This document shows, piece after piece, positions 59,769 through 64,000 of a DNA stretch of 64,000 nt. The first letter of the stretch is position 1; each line of letters starts with the position of its first letter. The stretch comes from the human T2T-CHM13v2.0 reference genome, Homo sapiens, in NCBI RefSeq assembly GCF_009914755.1, contig NC_060939.1; one strand, given 5' to 3'. The notes beneath the pieces were generated by a model. It saw only the letters and a program-made list of their open reading frames with translations. It was not told where the DNA came from and ran no database searches. Both the position numbers and the translations under genes were made by a program.

Positions 59769-62504
59769 CCTAGGGACATCAAAAATGGGAAATTATCAAA
59801 TATTGCTCTCCGACTCTCTGGTATTCTGCCTGTAATCGGTTTCCCATTTAGGTTGGAATTGTTTTTCCTCTCTGCAGAACAGAGGGTGGCTGCTCACAAG
59901 ACTCATTAATATGCATAAAGGGTGGCATAATTAGTTGCCACAGGTAACCCTTCTCTGGCTGTGTGAAGTGAGTTAATGTGCAAATGCATGCTGCACGGGC
60001 GAGCAGAGCGGTGTAAGTAAAAGTCCCCGTTTCATAAAAGGAAATATTTGAATAATATGCAAATGCACTGGATGTTATTAGCAGGATGTCAGGTTTGACA
60101 GTCTGTGTTATTGTGAAAATAAATGAGTTTTGACACAAATAACTTAGGTATGCATTGATTTTTTTAAAAGCAAATCTTGTAACGAGATGTTATGTATTGT
60201 GCTGTAGGTTTTATAAAGATTTTGATGGCTATGAAAAGAAAAACATGGCGAAGGATCGTTTATTAATGTATTCATTAAGCTGCTCTAAGGTGTAACAATA
60301 ATTACTTTCCTCCAAAATGTACAATGTTCCTCTTGCGTATTTAATTGACTTTGGCAATCCATATTTAAGACAATGAGGGGAGTTGTCAGCAATGTGAAGA
60401 CAGAAATGAAGAGAAAGCAAATCGCCGTCATTGGTATCTAAAACGTGCTGCGTATTTTAACTCCTGGGAATATTTTCTCTGGTTGGTCTTCATCTTGAAG
60501 CAATCTGCCTGATGAAATTTTTCTGGCCCACCGTGTTTTCTTTCTTTTGGGCCTTTCTCCTCTTGATTTTTTCTTCAAGGGCTCTCTGGTAAATGGCAGG
60601 ACCCAGTGTTGAAGTCAGCACTTCCTGTCACTGGGCAGGGGCTGGGGGTTTCTGTCATCGGGGCATTTATCCTTGAGAGGCAAAGGAGTGAGGCATCCAG
60701 GAAACATCTCCGCCTAAGGACAAACACCTGCTGGAGAAGCTCCTGGGACTGGTTCACAGGCTCAGTGGAGGTTGCCAGCTGACCCTCTCTATCCTCTGAG
60801 GTCTGAAGGGGAAGAGCTGACAGGTCAGGGAACACTGCCCCAGCTGAGCTGATGGCTGATCAGCCCTCCTTCTCCATTCAGGCTTCCAGATGTTCCCTAT
60901 GCAAAAGAGGAAGGGCCGCCGTGAAACCAAGTTCTGAGGTGGTTCCCTCCCCACAGGGGCCAGGTTTTATTTGCAGTCAGGAAGCAAGGGAGCTTTGGGG
61001 CGCAGGGCTTACTTTGAGAGTGGGAGGCAAATACCACCACCTTGAGGCCGGGATGCAATGGTTTTATGGGTATTTGACACCCAGAGAGCCTGCATTGCAC
61101 AAAGAATTTGGGTTCTCAGTTCCTCTTCTGTCGCCTCAGAAAATGAGGACAAGCTCCTGGGGCCAAGATGAAAACAGCTTCACCTGGAATAGGGGAGACG
61201 AAATGCCCTTGACCAGCGGAGTTCAGACCAGTCAACTGTTCTCACCCAGGGCGGCCTGGGCACCATGAAGCCAAGAAACACGGAAGCCTCTGGAAAAGTC
61301 TGGAGATGTCCCTGGGAAAAAAAGGTCTCAAATACGGCCATTAATGGCTACAAAAGATCACCGGCTTGGGCAAATTTCCCCCACTCTGCAGACTAGGAAA
61401 ACAGAGGTCAGAACAACACAATGCCTACCCTCAGTGGATTTCCGGGCTAATGGAGGAGACAGATATACAGAAAGAGAAGGAAAGGCTGTGCAAAGGCCTG
61501 GGATAGCTATATCAATAGGAAGTTCAAAGCATGGAAAAGGGCCACCACAGGTCATCCAAGCAGCTCACCCATAATTTCAGTTTCACCCCTTCAAGGCACA
61601 TGGCAAGGTCCTGCTTCCCTGTCCTTGAGGATGCAGCAGCCTTATGATTTGCTCTGAAAATCTGAAAAGTGAGGAGCAGTGCCAAGTGCCACACCACAGC
61701 AGAAGCCGTAAGAGCAGTGCCTGCCTCATCAAGCCTCAAGGCACAGAGTTGGAGCCCCTGCTCTAACATTCTCATACAGTATAGGACCACACCACCTGCA
61801 CTGATGTCCCTCTGATGAAGGAGCTACTGATGCTGCTTCTGGAACTGATCTAGCTACTGCAACAGTTGACATTCTCACCAAAATAAATCCCAAGAAAGCC
61901 TCTGCTTCCTTGCACCACTCATTCCTGAGTCAATGCCTGGCATGGATGAGTCTGACTGGCAGAGCCAAAGTCACATAACAGCCCACCACCCTCCCTGAAA
62001 GAGAGGCTGGGAAAACAAGTTGTGTCACTTCTGTTTCTATAGCTGGAGTGGGTTGCTGCCTCCCATCTTGACTGATAAAGTAGAGAACCTCCCAAAGGTA
62101 GAAAGGGCATGCATATGTTGAGTGGGTAAAAATACTGACAAATGTTTCCTAGAGTCCAATTCTCTGGCTTTCTTACATCAGTACATGCTGTTCCTAGCAA
62201 ACTTTATAAGGATCAAAAACACTGCCTGCTGAACACAGTGCACGTCTCCAACATACAACCAAAATCATACCCATTCCAGAAGTTGGACAACCTGAAGGAT
62301 TATGGTTACGGCATCTGTGTTCAAGACCAGCATCCAGGGGTAATGTCCATTCATCCTCTAGTTCCTTCATGATCTAGCCTCAGTATTTGATAACTGTAAA
62401 GTGTACCACCAATGACATGCCCTATAAACAGGGTGGAAGAAACAGGGGAAAAATAGGAAAACAAATAGTTTAAATGTGTTATATGTACATGATACACCAA
62501 AAGA

Positions 62505-63016
62505 GAAAAATCTCCCCTTACCTAGGGTTTCAATTTCCATGATTTTGGTTACCAACAGTCAACTGTGTTCCAAAAATATATTAAATGGAAAATTTCAGAA
62601 ACAGACAATTCATAAGTTTTAAACTGCATGATGTTCAGAGTAGCGTGATGGAATCTCTCGCTGTCCTTGTCTGGAACATGAGCCCTCCCTTTGTCCGGTG
62701 GCTCCACACTGTAGATGCTCCCTGGCCCATTAGCCACTTAGGAGCCGTCTGCAGAGTGGATCAGATTCACCGTTGTGGTGTCACAGTGAATTCAAGTAAC
62801 CCTTATTTTACCTAGTAATGGCTCCAAAATGCAAGATTAGTGATACTGGAAATTCAAATATGCCAAAGAGAAGCTATAAAGTGTTCTCTTTAAGTGAGAA
62901 GGTGAATATTCTTAATAAGGAAAAAAAATCTTACACTGAGATACTGAGATTGCTGAGGTCTACAGTAAAAATGAATCCTTTTTTGTCTTTTTGTGAAAGT
63001 GTGAAGGAAAGAGAAG
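62505..63016 (+). mobile_element. MER44/Tigger7-like TcMar DNA transposon remnant
   Basis: ORF 62818-63042 (MAPKCKISDTGNSNMPKRSYKVFSLSEKV) resembles the Tigger transposase N-terminal CENP-B-type HTH. MER44-type left end. Confidence 0.8.
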
Positions 63017-64000
63017 CTTCTAAGAAAAGCAAAAATGCCTAGTCCTTGTGTAATTTGGTCTGTGCTTACTGCATGGCAGTTCAAAGCCAAACAGTATATT
63101 GTTTCTCAATATATACCTAGGTGGTTAAAATATAAAGAAATCTATAGAAATGATTGACACAAAATGTGGGGATGGGAGAGTAGAGGGACTTGATTGGGAA
63201 AGGTGGTACTAGGAGGCTCCCAAGGCACTGCTCAAATCCTATTTACCTTAATAATGGACTCATGGGTGTTCATTCTATTATTCTTTCAACCACACATATG
63301 CATATTTACATTTCTCTATATACATTTCACAATAGCATTTTTTAAAATCACATGACATTCTTTACTGCAGAATGCAAAGTAGAAAAAAAAAGTTTTCATT
63401 TAAATTGGATAGTTGCAAGTCTGCAAGATTTTTCAACATAGAAAATAAAAAAAATGCCAAATTATATACTGTTTGGTTTGGGAGCCAAATGAAAACCAGC
63501 ATTTAAATTTTTGTTGTACCATCAAAATAGATATTTAAAAAACAAAATTTAATATTCTAATATATGGAGTTCTTTTGTAAGATCAGCTGTTTTCACAGTA
63601 TTTTTGAATTTTGACTTCACAGTGTAAGAAAGAGGAACTTACGCTGCTATTTTGAGCATGTCTAATATCACCACATAGTCATATGTAATAAATGTGGTAA
63701 ATGACCTCAATTTACAGATTAGATGACTGCTATGTGAATTTTCATGTTTGTATATCAAGAAGAAGAATAATTGCAATAAATTGAAACACTTAAAATATGT
63801 TGAAATTCATGAGTTATATCGAAATCAAGTTTTTTGAAAAAATCTCCTTGGTCACCCCTTGAGGATGATAGATAGCTAAATCATTATTTGAAAACAGGCA
63901 AGTAAAGAGAAATATTACACATTTGACTTTCCTATGAAACTGTATCATTGGGGAAACAAGTAAGTAACTAATAAGAAGAAATTTCTCCATACAGAAGTAT

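Noticed and set aside
62818-63042. Functional TIGD-like transposase gene
   Set aside because: Only a frameshifted N-terminal remnant within a MER44/Tigger7 fossil, with no DDE domain.

Overview
This is primate genomic DNA, probably hominoid (it carries AluY, a ~6.03-kb L1PA2/3-type element and LTR12C). It is repeat-dominated and I recognise no host protein-coding exon: every long ORF is L1 ORF1/ORF2, Alu, LTR or Tigger-derived. The left third holds an old L1M cut off abruptly at a CpG island with a minus-strand splice donor (possible rearrangement junction), an ERV1 LTR, a dead full-length L1 inserted inside an AluJ, many Alus, and a minus-strand LTR12C inside a second GC-rich patch. Together these suggest a leftward, TE-driven spliced non-coding transcript. 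The remainder looks intergenic: MIR, L2, MaLR and ERVL LTRs, a 5'-truncated L1PA4/5, a twin-primed L1 and two motif-dense candidate enhancers. The most unusual signal is a cluster of locally templated DNA changes: three hairpin-forming template-switch mutations, a 205-bp inverted copy of the neighbouring L1 with microhomology at both ends, a 203-bp identical tract shared by two different-age L1s 20 kb apart, and an A-B'-A'-B inverted duplication. Repeat subfamily names come from recalled consensus sequences and need RepeatMasker/Dfam confirmation. I did not identify the locus, and I found no strong evidence for a new gene system.
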